64,000 nucleotides of DNA from contig CBDBFU010000014.1 in NCBI GenBank assembly GCA_965205025.1, positions 96,001 to 160,000 on the forward strand. Direction: 5' to 3'. The stretch's first letter is position 1. The number at the start of each line of letters is the position of its first letter. This DNA is from Candidatus Poribacteria bacterium. Its GTDB lineage: Bacteria > Poribacteria > WGA-4E > WGA-3G. A model generated the notes under the pieces. The model worked only from the letters and a program-made list of their open reading frames with translations. It was not told where the DNA came from and searched no databases. A program made the translations under genes and the position numbers. Positions 53,097 to 63,270 of this stretch are shown here, one piece after another.

Positions 53097-54113
53097 ATGC
53101 CAAGAGTGCCTTTTCAAACACTATATGATGAATTCTATCGCGTATTATCTGCAGTCGGTTTTACAGGGGACAGAGCAAAATTATGTGCAAAATTATTCGC
53201 AGAGAATCAAAGGGACGGAGTATATTCACACGGACTCAATCGATTCCCCGGATTTGTCTCAGGTTTGGAGAGTAAACAAATCAATTACCATGCACAACCA
53301 GAGAAAATAGAAAGTTTTGGAGCACTTGAAAGGTGGGATGGTAAGATGGGGGTAGGACTTGTAAATGCACACATCTGTATGCACCGTGCAATGGAAATCG
53401 CTGCCGACAATTCCATCGGATGCGTAGGACTTTCAAATACAAACCACTGGATGCGCGGAGGTGCTTATGCATTACAAGCTGCAGAAGCAGGATATATCGG
53501 TATGTGTTGGACAAACACCACAAAACTCATGCCTCCTTGGGGATCTGCAGATAAGAAGATCGGCAATAACCCATTAGCGATTTCAATCCCCCGTGATGAA
53601 GGGCACATACTCCTTGATATGGCAATGAGTCAATATTCCAACGGAAAATTAGAAGTACTCAAACTACAAGAAAAGGAACTACCATTACCCGGGGGTTATG
53701 ATACCCAAGGTAATCTCACTCTTGACCCTGGAGAAATCCTTACATCACAAAGGGCTGTACCAATAGGTTACTGGAAAGGTTCCGGTCTGGCTCTCGTCCT
53801 TGATACGATAGCTGCCGTTATTACTGGTGGACAAGCAACACATCAGATAGGAAGACAATCATCAGAATATGCTGTATCCCAAGTTTATATAGCAATAGAT
53901 GCAACTGGAATTGCAGGACAATCTATGTTAAACGACACTGTGGATGCAATAATAAATGACTTCCATACGGCTACACCTTTAGATGAATCTGAAGAAGTAC
54001 GACATCCTGGGGAAGGAATGTTACGAATACGAAAAGAAAGTACTGAAAAGGGTGTCCTTGTAGATAAAACACAGTGGGAAGCACTACAATCTATGATGAG
54101 AGATACCTCATAG
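53097..54113 (+). CDS. yiaK: 3-dehydro-L-gulonate 2-dehydrogenase (Ldh_2 family)
   Basis: GVYSHGLNRFP, NTNHWMRGG, DMAMSQYS, GYWKGSG. Confidence 0.85.
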   Translation: MPRVPFQTLYDEFYRVLSAVGFTGDRAKLCAKLFAENQRDGVYSHGLNRFPGFVSGLESKQINYHAQPEKIESFGALERWDGKMGVGLVNAHICMHRAMEIAADNSIGCVGLSNTNHWMRGGAYALQAAEAGYIGMCWTNTTKLMPPWGSADKKIGNNPLAISIPRDEGHILLDMAMSQYSNGKLEVLKLQEKELPLPGGYDTQGNLTLDPGEILTSQRAVPIGYWKGSGLALVLDTIAAVITGGQATHQIGRQSSEYAVSQVYIAIDATGIAGQSMLNDTVDAIINDFHTATPLDESEEVRHPGEGMLRIRKESTEKGVLVDKTQWEALQSMMRDTS

Positions 54114-54211
54114 TTAATACTATAGTATTACATTTCTTGTCAATTAATCTTATCTTCTTAACAGGTTATATCACTAAAGGGAACAGGTGTTACATAACCT
54201 TGGACATTAAC

Positions 54212-54290
54212 CATAGGCGTCAATTTAGGAGAAAAAATGTTGTATCCCAGTCCGGTAGGTGCGGTTTCTAACCGCACTGAATTTATGCCA
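54212..54290 (+). repeat. CATAGGCGTCAATTTAGG-ended element with a GTAG-REP hairpin
   Basis: Same end at 5682-5700 (inverted) and 26739. Confidence 0.6.
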
Positions 54291-54344
54291 AACCTTGGAT
54301 TGAAAGTTTTCTCGTATAATCCATAATTAAATTCTAAAATCAAT

Positions 54345-55469
54345 ATGACCCTACGTGCAGGAATCGTTGGATGCGGTGGAATCAGTCGAAGCCACGCAGC
54401 AGCATACGACGGTTTAGACAACATTCAACTCATTGCAGTATGCGACATTAACACGAATGCACTGAAGAACCGTGCTGATGAATTTAATGTTCAAAACCGG
54501 TATACAGACTACACCAAGATGTTTTCACAAGAAGACCTTGATATCGTTAGCGTCTGCACACATGCACCATTACATGCCCCAATCACAATAGCTGCAGCAG
54601 AAAACGGTGTTCATGTCTTATGCGAAAAGCCGTTGTCTGTTGATTTAGCAACTGCAGATCAAATGCTCAAAGCATGTAATAACGCGCAAGTCCATTTAGC
54701 GGTGAGTCACCAATTCCGATTTACACCATTGTTTCGACACGCGAAAAATCTCGTTGAATCAGGTAAAATTGGAGAGTTACGCTCCATACGAGAAGTCGGT
54801 AAAGGTAGAGAAGCAGGTTTTGAGTTAATGGAGATGGGAGTCCATTACTTTGACGAGATGGATTTCTTCATGAATGGTATCTCTTGGATTCAAGCACATA
54901 TCACTTATAATGGACAGGACGTTACAGAATCAGATATTATGCACAGTAGTCAATTATGCACTACAGACCGACGGGATAATGGTATGGTTGCTGGTGATAC
55001 CATGCTGATACATATTGGAGGATTAAGCGGAGCATACGGTATTATGGAACTCTATCAAAGAGAACAACGTCACGGGTGGATGATGGGACCACATCTACTC
55101 GGTTCCAACGGACAATTAATGATAAAACCGAACCCCGAAACTGGGATTGATGAATTGTGGTACTGTCCTTTTGATGTCTCCTTTGCCAAACATACTCCTG
55201 ACTGGGAACTGATAGAACTTGATACTTCCGAATTTATAATCTCTGGAAAAGCGTGGATGTCTCGCCACACAATCTGGAGTGCTAAAAACATACGAGACGC
55301 TATCCTGAATGGAACTCAACCCGAACTCGGTGGACAAAAGGCACTTACCTCCCTTGAGTGTGTTAGTGCAACATATACTTCACATTTTACTCATAAGAAA
55401 GTACAACTTCCTTTGGAAAAACGAAACCATCCACTTATAAAACGTCTTAATACAGGAGCACAAAACTGA
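54345..55469 (+). CDS. Gfo/Idh/MocA family oxidoreductase
   Basis: GCGGIS, CEKP, HYFD. Confidence 0.9.
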   Translation: MTLRAGIVGCGGISRSHAAAYDGLDNIQLIAVCDINTNALKNRADEFNVQNRYTDYTKMFSQEDLDIVSVCTHAPLHAPITIAAAENGVHVLCEKPLSVDLATADQMLKACNNAQVHLAVSHQFRFTPLFRHAKNLVESGKIGELRSIREVGKGREAGFELMEMGVHYFDEMDFFMNGISWIQAHITYNGQDVTESDIMHSSQLCTTDRRDNGMVAGDTMLIHIGGLSGAYGIMELYQREQRHGWMMGPHLLGSNGQLMIKPNPETGIDELWYCPFDVSFAKHTPDWELIELDTSEFIISGKAWMSRHTIWSAKNIRDAILNGTQPELGGQKALTSLECVSATYTSHFTHKKVQLPLEKRNHPLIKRLNTGAQN

Positions 55470-56324
55470 ATGAAACTTGCTTTTTTTGATGACTATAATC
55501 TTGGTGTTATTACTGGAGATACCATTGTTGACATTTCTGAAGCAGTCAGTGATATTTCATACCATACACCACAAGAACTTATTCAGATGGTAATTGAGAA
55601 ATTCAATGACTTGAAACCACTTATTGATGATACAGTTGAAAATAACACTGGTGTTCAGTTGGATACAGTTACGCTTAGACCACCACTTCCAAGACCCGGT
55701 CAACTGGTTTGTATGGCTGGGAATTACATTGAACCTGATAGTCCAACAAGACTGGAATTTAATGCATTTCTCAAATCTCCAAACAGCATAATCGCAACTC
55801 AAGATACTGTTGAACTCCCAACAGCGGATGTCGGTGTATTCCATTTTGAACCTGAGTTAGCACTTGTGATTGGTAGACAAGCAAAACATCTCACTGAAGA
55901 AAATGCACTGGATCATGTATTTGGATACACACAATTTATTGATGTATCTGCTCGCGGTTTACATGGTGGTTTCTTCTTAGGTAAAAGTTGGCACACCTTT
56001 GCACCTATGGGACCCGCACTCGTCACATCTGATGAAGTGTCCGATCCAAATAAACTTGACGTAAAACTCTGGATTAACGATCGTTTGCAACACGATTTCT
56101 CCACCAACTCAATGGCTCGATTCATCCCCGAATTATTGGTTGAAATAACAAACGTAATCGCATTAGAACCGGGAGATGTCGTTTCAACAGGAACACATCA
56201 TGAAGCACTTACCGATGTCGGTGATGGTGATACAGTTCGATTAGGAATAGAGAATTTCGGTCCTGAGTTGGATGTGAATGTACATGATCCGTTAAAGAGG
56301 ACAACATGGCGTGGAGAGGAATAA
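55470..56324 (+). CDS. Fumarylacetoacetate hydrolase family protein
   Basis: AGNY, HFEPELA, DVSAR, GKSWHTFAPMGP. Confidence 0.9.
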   Translation: MKLAFFDDYNLGVITGDTIVDISEAVSDISYHTPQELIQMVIEKFNDLKPLIDDTVENNTGVQLDTVTLRPPLPRPGQLVCMAGNYIEPDSPTRLEFNAFLKSPNSIIATQDTVELPTADVGVFHFEPELALVIGRQAKHLTEENALDHVFGYTQFIDVSARGLHGGFFLGKSWHTFAPMGPALVTSDEVSDPNKLDVKLWINDRLQHDFSTNSMARFIPELLVEITNVIALEPGDVVSTGTHHEALTDVGDGDTVRLGIENFGPELDVNVHDPLKRTTWRGEE

Positions 56325-56492
56325 AAAAGTTGACAATGCCATCAGTTTGCATGTATAATTTTAAAAAATTGGGATTTTGGACGTTGCTTACATGCCCTTA
56401 CTACAACTTGATTCGTGATGTCCTAAGGTTGGAAGAATTGATTTATTGTAATATGGAACAGACTTGTTCCTGATGATAAGGAGAAGCGATTA

Positions 56493-57419
56493 ATGAAAAA
56501 ACACAGAAATATAACCGTTTATGCTATCCTGGGAATTGTCTGTGTATGGATGCTTGGCTGCGGAGGGTGTAATCCAGAACCAGCACCAACTGGGATGACA
56601 CCGACTGAAGGATCTGAATCTGGTGGAACCCCTGTCAAGATTACTGGTGAAAATTTCGATACGAAAAACGGTGTAACTGTTACCTTTGGAAATATAAAAG
56701 GTCTAAGTGCTACTACTTCAAGTGCAACCTTAGTTACTGTCGTAACCCCTGAAGGAACTGCCGGAGAATCCGTAAATGTTGTTATTACAAATAATGGAAA
56801 ACCAGATGCACCTGTTACACTTAGTCAAAAGTTCACATATACTGATGCAACACCACCAATGGTAACAAGCACTGATCCGACAGATGGTACGGTTTTATCT
56901 GAATATGAAGACTCTCTAAACATTAGAGATAGTCTCACTGTCACATTTAGTGAACCTGTCGATGCAAATAGTGTTACCATTCAGGTTGCAGTCGCAAAAA
57001 CCGAAGAATCCTTAAGTGAACCTGCTGAAGAGATGCTTAGTGGAACAGTAAGTGGGAGTGGAGATTCTGTAACTTTTACCGCAGATATGCCAATGCGATG
57101 TGGTCGTATGTATAACGTAACTATTTCCGATGCTACCGATATGGCAGGGAACGCACTTGTAGATTCACACAGTTTCAGTTTTAGTACTACCAGCCCCGAA
57201 CTCGTAAGGAGTTATCATGTTAAAGAGGAAGATATTCAAGATGAAAATGGTGAGGCTGCTCTTAGACTGATTGCATCACGTCCTGAGATTTTTGATGATC
57301 CAGAGAAGTGGACGCGGTTAGTTGCTGGAAACCAAGACGACTATATCTTTGATAGGACAAGGCTGAGTGTTGGACAACATTTATGGATTAAACGTGGTCC
57401 GGCTTGGGGCGATAAATAG
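56493..57419 (+). CDS. Lipoprotein with IPT/TIG, Ig-like and LysM-like domains
   Basis: MLGC lipobox; GGTPVKITGENF; DATPPMVTSTDP...FSEPVD; C-terminal LysM-like pattern. Confidence 0.75.
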   Translation: MKKHRNITVYAILGIVCVWMLGCGGCNPEPAPTGMTPTEGSESGGTPVKITGENFDTKNGVTVTFGNIKGLSATTSSATLVTVVTPEGTAGESVNVVITNNGKPDAPVTLSQKFTYTDATPPMVTSTDPTDGTVLSEYEDSLNIRDSLTVTFSEPVDANSVTIQVAVAKTEESLSEPAEEMLSGTVSGSGDSVTFTADMPMRCGRMYNVTISDATDMAGNALVDSHSFSFSTTSPELVRSYHVKEEDIQDENGEAALRLIASRPEIFDDPEKWTRLVAGNQDDYIFDRTRLSVGQHLWIKRGPAWGDK

Positions 57420-57447
57420 ACTGATAAGAAACCATACATATAACTAT

Positions 57448-57474
57448 AAAGCCGTGTAAATATTACACGGCTTT
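57448..57474 (+). terminator. Intrinsic terminator
   Basis: AAAGCCGTGTAA-ATA-TTACACGGCTTT followed by T-rich tail. Confidence 0.75.
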
Positions 57475-57882
57475 ATTATTTTAACAAAATCGCATTGTAG
57501 TCCCAACAACCACTATTCCACCAATCCTTCTTTGTACCACGGTTAATCTTCGGGTATTTTATAACGGGGAACGTCTAAATGTAACACAAACTTCCAGTTT
57601 GTGTAGTGTTTCAAGCAAAAATATCACCTAATCATGGGAGAATCATTTATAGAAATGGTATTAGTAGGTTCGGTTCTAACCAAGGTCATTTCCATACACC
57701 GATACACTTATAATTACACTTCACTCGGTAGGTTCGGTTTCTAACCGAACCGGAATTTCAATCTAATAAGTTTACATTCTAACCAATTCCATAAGCTCTG
57801 TTTCTAGATTCAGATAAGTGTATACATTTCCTCTCTACCACAGTACGATTACAATCGCGTGTAAAATTTACAGATTAAAAGA

Positions 57883-57925
57883 AAAACGGATTGGCATTAA
57901 CTAAATCTAATTGCCAATCCGTTTT
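57883..57925 (-). terminator. Hairpin terminator downstream of the P460-family gene
   Basis: AAAACGGATTGGCA...TGCCAATCCGTTTT. Confidence 0.65.
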
Positions 57926-57944
57926 GATAATTTATATAGAAGTA

Positions 57945-58814
57945 TTAGGCACCGTTACCGTTTCCGTTGCCATTACCATTTCCATTTCCGTTACCATTTC
58001 CGTTGCCATTACCATTGCCGTTGCCATTACCATTTCCATTACCGTTACCATTTCCGTTGCCGTTACCGTTTTCACTATCATCCATCTTTGGATCATCCAT
58101 CTCTGAATCATCCTTGTCTGGGTCATCCATCTCTGAATCATCCTTGTCTGGGTCATCCATTTCTGAATCATCCATCTTTGGATCATCCATCTTTGGATCA
58201 TCCATCTTTGGATCATCCATCTTTGGATCATCCATCTTTGGATCATCCATCTTTGGATCATCCTTCATCAATGATACAAAGACATAATCATTACCTTCTC
58301 CAGCCTTTGAATGACACTGGTCACAATTATTAGTTCCTTCTTCATTGATAGGGATGTTGTTGCCATCAACTCCATACATCCATCCACCAAGATTAACATA
58401 CATCGGATCATCGGTTTTTGTCATTGTTGCGACATGTACGATTTGATCTGCCATTTCATCTACACCAAAAACTTCCTTGACAATCATAGATCCCACAGGA
58501 TACATCTTATCGCCTTCAGACATGTTTGCTGCTGCCGCGGCTTCGTTGAAATAGACAGTCCGAGGACCAGGTGTATGTGCCGCACCGGTTCCTGCCGGAT
58601 TCATTGCTGCTGCAGCTTCCGCAACAGTCATCATGGGTGCTTCAAGGTCAACACTCATCCATGACTTATGCGCCATCATATCCATATCTTCTTCAGGGTC
58701 CATTATCTCTGGATCCATCATAACCTCATCTAACATGTCTTGAGTACGCTCACAAGCCATGAAGGCTACCGAACAAATTAAAACTGTAATCAAGAGCACT
58801 TGATATCTTAGCAT
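57945..58814 (-). CDS. Cytochrome P460-family lipoprotein with MDDPK and (NG)20 tail
   Basis: Lipobox FMAC; RTVYFN, GSMIVKE, GGWMY, CDQCH, DYVF. Confidence 0.75.
   Translation of the reverse strand: MLRYQVLLITVLICSVAFMACERTQDMLDEVMMDPEIMDPEEDMDMMAHKSWMSVDLEAPMMTVAEAAAAMNPAGTGAAHTPGPRTVYFNEAAAAANMSEGDKMYPVGSMIVKEVFGVDEMADQIVHVATMTKTDDPMYVNLGGWMYGVDGNNIPINEEGTNNCDQCHSKAGEGNDYVFVSLMKDDPKMDDPKMDDPKMDDPKMDDPKMDDPKMDDSEMDDPDKDDSEMDDPDKDDSEMDDPKMDDSENGNGNGNGNGNGNGNGNGNGNGNGNGNGNGNGNGNGNGNGA
57951..58260. repeat. Coding tandem repeats: 6-bp x20 (NG) and 15-bp TCCATCTTTGGATCA x6 plus variants
   Basis: Read directly from the sequence. Confidence 0.9.
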
Positions 58815-59047
58815 TTTTAATGTTCCTTTTCTTTTCTATAGAAAAATAAATTTTAGAGTTACTAACCAACAGTTAATCAAAACTCTAATAGAATAAAGCA
58901 GTTCATGAGCTGCTCTATACACAGTTAATGTAATACACAACTTCATTTTAACAGATTATAGCATACTTCAATTTATAATTCAAAAAATATAATTCCGTCT
59001 TCATTTAACCAATTTAAAGATTCCTATTCTCAATAAAGCAACTATTT

Positions 59048-60652
59048 CTAATCCGGTTTAAGGATTTCTAAATAGATCTCCTGAATATAAGCATTCTTAG
59101 AATCTTGTGATTTGGCATCAGTAATTACCCTTCGCGCATCAGAAATCCTATTGAGTCGATAATAAACAAGGGCAAGCGTTGCCAAATGGGTGGGCCGGTT
59201 ATCAATTTTAACAGCATCATTCGCAAGAACAAGTGCCTCTTCCAACAATCTGCTTTCTCCAGCAAGAAGGGATGCTAAAGCATTCTTTGGAAAAGACACA
59301 TCGGGAGCAAGTTTAATCGCTTGCCGAAAATCAGTTTCCGCTTTTGCTGATTCTCCCAGTTGTTGTTGTACCTGTCCTCGCCAAAAATAACCTGGTGCCC
59401 ATGTTACCTCTTGGCGAATCCCCATTGTATACGCATCAATTACTCCCCCTAAATCCCCAAATGACCTCCGTAGATTCGCTAATTGAGAATAGGTATCCAA
59501 AAAATCAGGATCATTCTGAATCATAGTTAAGAAATGTCTTTCGGCATTATTATGATTACCCAACTTTGCTTCAATTATCCCTAAATGTAACAATGCCTGT
59601 CGTGAATTAGTTTCATAGCCAAGCACACGTTCGTAAGTCCTCTTGGCAGATTCCAGATTGTTTAGTTGCATCTGAACAAAAGCATAATCTTTCAAAGCAG
59701 GTATGTATGTCTCATCGGTTTCCAATGCCTTCTGCAATAGTTCTAATGCAGGGGGTCCCTGTTGTTTTTCTATAAAAACTCGCGCCTGTTTCCAGTATAT
59801 CTCTGCCAATGTTCTTTTGTACCGAGAACGTGCTGTGTTTGCTCGCTTAACTTCACCGAGTTCATCGAATAGGTCCGCAAGAGATTTGTAAAATAACGGT
59901 TCATTTGGATTCGTATCAATTGCCTTTTCATAAAAATGTTGTGCAACCTCATACATATCTCGTTCCCGCGCCGCCTCACCTCTGCCATAGATAGCACTTG
60001 TCAGTGTTACATCTAACGTATGTGCTTCCCTGAATACTGCATCGGCTTCATCATAACGGTTCAGCTTTAACAGGATATATCCAAGATTATTATAGGCTGC
60101 TGTTGATGCAGGATCTAATTGAACTCCTATGATATAGTAGCGGCGTGCTTGTTCCAAGTTTCCACGTTCTGTCTCTATTTGTCCTAAAGCAATATACCAA
60201 ATCACAGGAGCATTTTCACCTGCTCCCTTAACAGCTTTCTGAAAAAATTCATCTGCTTTATCCAATTGCTTATTCCGATGATATGCAGTCGCAAGTTTGG
60301 CTTGTACGGTAGGTTCAATCAAAATACGTTCAGTTTGTGGAAATTGTGAAATCAGATCTAAGGCACGTAGAAATGAAGTAATTGCGTCAACATAATTCCT
60401 AAGTTTTCCTGATGCATCACCTATTCCAATATGTGCTATAGGTAATTCAGGATGCTGTTTTACAATCGACTGATATATTTGAAGGGATTCATTCCATTTC
60501 TCTTCTTGAAATGTATTTTGACCATTCTCAAGTTGATTATGAACCTGTTCAGGAAAGGTAGTTAAATCCCAAGGGATGATTTCGGCAGATGAGGGCAAGG
60601 GGATTATAAACAATAGAAGACATAGGAGATGCCGGAAAAGACACAGATTCAT
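59048..60652 (-). CDS. Exported tetratricopeptide repeat protein
   Basis: Signal peptide; many AYNNLG-type TPR units. Confidence 0.85.
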   Translation of the reverse strand: MNLCLFRHLLCLLLFIIPLPSSAEIIPWDLTTFPEQVHNQLENGQNTFQEEKWNESLQIYQSIVKQHPELPIAHIGIGDASGKLRNYVDAITSFLRALDLISQFPQTERILIEPTVQAKLATAYHRNKQLDKADEFFQKAVKGAGENAPVIWYIALGQIETERGNLEQARRYYIIGVQLDPASTAAYNNLGYILLKLNRYDEADAVFREAHTLDVTLTSAIYGRGEAARERDMYEVAQHFYEKAIDTNPNEPLFYKSLADLFDELGEVKRANTARSRYKRTLAEIYWKQARVFIEKQQGPPALELLQKALETDETYIPALKDYAFVQMQLNNLESAKRTYERVLGYETNSRQALLHLGIIEAKLGNHNNAERHFLTMIQNDPDFLDTYSQLANLRRSFGDLGGVIDAYTMGIRQEVTWAPGYFWRGQVQQQLGESAKAETDFRQAIKLAPDVSFPKNALASLLAGESRLLEEALVLANDAVKIDNRPTHLATLALVYYRLNRISDARRVITDAKSQDSKNAYIQEIYLEILKPD

Positions 60653-60656
60653 ATAT

Positions 60657-61700
60657 TTACTTCACCGGTAGAGTCGTGATTTCGGTAACTCGATTCAAGG
60701 CTTCATCTAAAATATACCACGATATTTTCGATTTTTGTTTGATAAGCCATTTCTTATACTCAGTTTCCGCCTTCTGTTGACGAATCAATTTTACAATTTC
60801 ACCTTTAACTTCTGAATACTGTCTCTGCCTTGAAGGAGACTTCTTAATCTTTTTTACGATAATATGTCCCTTTGGTATAGATAGTGGACCTTTATATTCT
60901 AAAGGTTTCAATTCCGAGACAAGTGCTCCTAATGAGGTATTTGATGGAATTGTTTCCACACCTACACTAATGGTTGGGTTTGCTTGATAGTCCTTCTGAA
61001 TATTATTAAATGTTGCACCTTGTTTTAACCGAACCATAATTTCTTCAGCAAGATCCTTCGCTGTCGAATTATCATCTTCTTCTGGAACAGTAATTCTTAA
61101 GGAATTAACCGTAACCATTTCAGGCACAAAAAAATCTGCCCTATTTTGTTCAAAGTATTGTGGTGCTAAGTCATCAATCTCTTTTTTATCAACAGAGTTA
61201 ATAAATTCAAGTTTATAATACTCATCGAAAACAATACTATCACTTATCCACTGCTTAATTACTTCCATTTCTATTTCTTGGTTACTTAGAATAGTACTAA
61301 ATACATCTTTAGACGTATATGTCACTCCGAACGCAGCTAATTTTTCATCCACCTGTTTCTTACGATCAATTGTCGTGAGACCAATGTGTTTTGCTTCCTG
61401 TAAGACTAATTTACGATTAATAATTCGATTCAGATATTTTCGTTTCTCCACTTCAGTCGCCTTATTGGGGACAGTTTTGTTGATTATCCCTTCAATACGA
61501 AATTCATTCACAAGATCACTCTGCGTAATTGGCTGTGTATCAATAACCGCAATGATAGAGTCAATTAAAGTTTGTGGGTTTACATTCCCTAAAAATACAA
61601 ATAACAGAAGGGTAATAGTAGCTGTAGATGTATATGATTGATGGATTATTGATTTGTTCATTTCAGGTGATATCATATCGTAAATTCCTGTTGAATTCAA
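60657..61700 (-). CDS. SurA/PpiC-like periplasmic chaperone
   Basis: IDSIIAVIDTQPITQSD N-domain; degenerate rotamase domain. Confidence 0.7.
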   Translation of the reverse strand: MNSTGIYDMISPEMNKSIIHQSYTSTATITLLLFVFLGNVNPQTLIDSIIAVIDTQPITQSDLVNEFRIEGIINKTVPNKATEVEKRKYLNRIINRKLVLQEAKHIGLTTIDRKKQVDEKLAAFGVTYTSKDVFSTILSNQEIEMEVIKQWISDSIVFDEYYKLEFINSVDKKEIDDLAPQYFEQNRADFFVPEMVTVNSLRITVPEEDDNSTAKDLAEEIMVRLKQGATFNNIQKDYQANPTISVGVETIPSNTSLGALVSELKPLEYKGPLSIPKGHIIVKKIKKSPSRQRQYSEVKGEIVKLIRQQKAETEYKKWLIKQKSKISWYILDEALNRVTEITTLPVK

Positions 61701-61757
61701 GGTTTATTGCTGTGTATAGAACAACAAATACACCAACACTGATATGAACTTTAATGA

Positions 61758-62930
61758 CTATTCCACCAACCCAATTACCCCACAACCAATACGAGCTCCT
61801 GCCCCAGGTCTTACTCCTAACGCCTTTATAGTTGATATTATCCAGTCTTTAAACGCCAAATCATCTCCTTGGAAATAACCCAACACCCATGCAGTCGTAC
61901 GTTCATCCAGAAAATTTGTTAGTAAAAGATTATAGCCTATAGTGTCATTAGAGTTTTCTATATCTACACCAGATGTAATATAGAAATGTGTCAACCGATT
62001 TTTCATCTCCTGTTCAAAATCTTTTGGTAATCCTGATGGAAATATCTGCTTATATTGATTCGTAAAGAAATCGGAATCTACGGGTAAACCTTGATCCCTA
62101 AAGAAATCATAGTATGCTTCTAATGTCCTCGGTTGGATTTTCAAAAATGTTTGATATGTCGGTGTCCCTTCAAATGGAATTGAAATTAGTATTTTTGGGT
62201 CAACTAATTGTTCCGGTCTTAAAAAACAATTCAGCAACAACTCTAACAAGTTATGACTATGAGGACTGAGTTCTTGTCCGGGGAGATGGTGATTATCTGA
62301 TTCCAAGTCTATATGTTGAGCAAGCACAGCCAGAGTGCAGACATGTGTGTCTTGTGGAATTACATCAACCCTTTGCCCTTGTATATGGGTATGCATACCC
62401 GTGTTATCAACATGAGGATTGGTCTGAAATGTGTCTCCTGTTTCATGTATCAGTATCAATTTATTCAGAATATCCGTATTGGGATCACCACCGATTGACC
62501 AAAAAGGTGTTGTAAATTCTAATATACCACTACCATTTTCACTTACTTTGATGTTACCTATTTCTCCAACCCCAATTGGTGGTGTGTCAGGAGAAGCCTC
62601 CGCAACAGATATACCAGCAGTTCCAGCGGAGATTTCCAAAGGATGCCAATGCGGTCCAACATCACTACAATCTTTCCCTATATGGAGATGTGCTGCATGC
62701 AATCCGGGTGTAGCATTATGAATTTCAATTGTAACATGCACCACATCATCTATCTCCATAATATTAGTAGTCCCTTTCAGATTACTACCGTCTAATGCAG
62801 TGATATGAGCAAAGGCTACTTTATTGACGGGTGTAGTGGTAATAACCTCTATCGGTATCCTCTCACATCCGACACCAATTAAAACTTTCAATACGATCAA
62901 GATAAAACACCAATTATGTCTAAATGTCAT
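61758..62930 (-). CDS. SodC-like (Cu/Zn SOD fold) lipoprotein with an insertion of about 200 aa
   Basis: PGLHAAHLH, GPHW, GEIGNI, LIHETGD, AGARIGCGVI. Confidence 0.75.
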   Translation of the reverse strand: MTFRHNWCFILIVLKVLIGVGCERIPIEVITTTPVNKVAFAHITALDGSNLKGTTNIMEIDDVVHVTIEIHNATPGLHAAHLHIGKDCSDVGPHWHPLEISAGTAGISVAEASPDTPPIGVGEIGNIKVSENGSGILEFTTPFWSIGGDPNTDILNKLILIHETGDTFQTNPHVDNTGMHTHIQGQRVDVIPQDTHVCTLAVLAQHIDLESDNHHLPGQELSPHSHNLLELLLNCFLRPEQLVDPKILISIPFEGTPTYQTFLKIQPRTLEAYYDFFRDQGLPVDSDFFTNQYKQIFPSGLPKDFEQEMKNRLTHFYITSGVDIENSNDTIGYNLLLTNFLDERTTAWVLGYFQGDDLAFKDWIISTIKALGVRPGAGARIGCGVIGLVE

Positions 62931-63057
62931 ATAATTCCCTGAACCTTATATATAAAATTACAATATAATCCTCTATTTTACATACTAAGTATTGTAATGA
63001 ACAAACTGCCTGTGTCAAGTATTCTACAAAAGGTTAAGGCATGGAACAATATAGTAT

Positions 63058-63179
63058 AACGTGAGTTTGATAATAGGCAAATAAGCTTCATTTTTTAAAA
63101 AATATTACTCTTATATGCCCGGTAGGTGCGGTTTCCTAACCGCACTGAACATAAAAATATGGTTTATCAAACTCACGTT
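63058..63179 (+). mobile_element. IS982-end MITE with REP hairpin, 5-bp TSD AGTAT
   Basis: TIRs and TSD. Confidence 0.85.
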
Positions 63180-63270
63180 AGTATAGAATGACATGAATCA
63201 GTCTTACTCAGTTGACTTCAGAAACCGTTATGTCTATAATACACATAAATCACCCTATGAGAACATAGAA

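Noticed and set aside
57891-58333. Alternative-frame ORFs (His/Arg-rich, MIQRW repeats, PLPF repeats)
   Set aside because: Shadows of the coding tandem repeats in the P460-family gene
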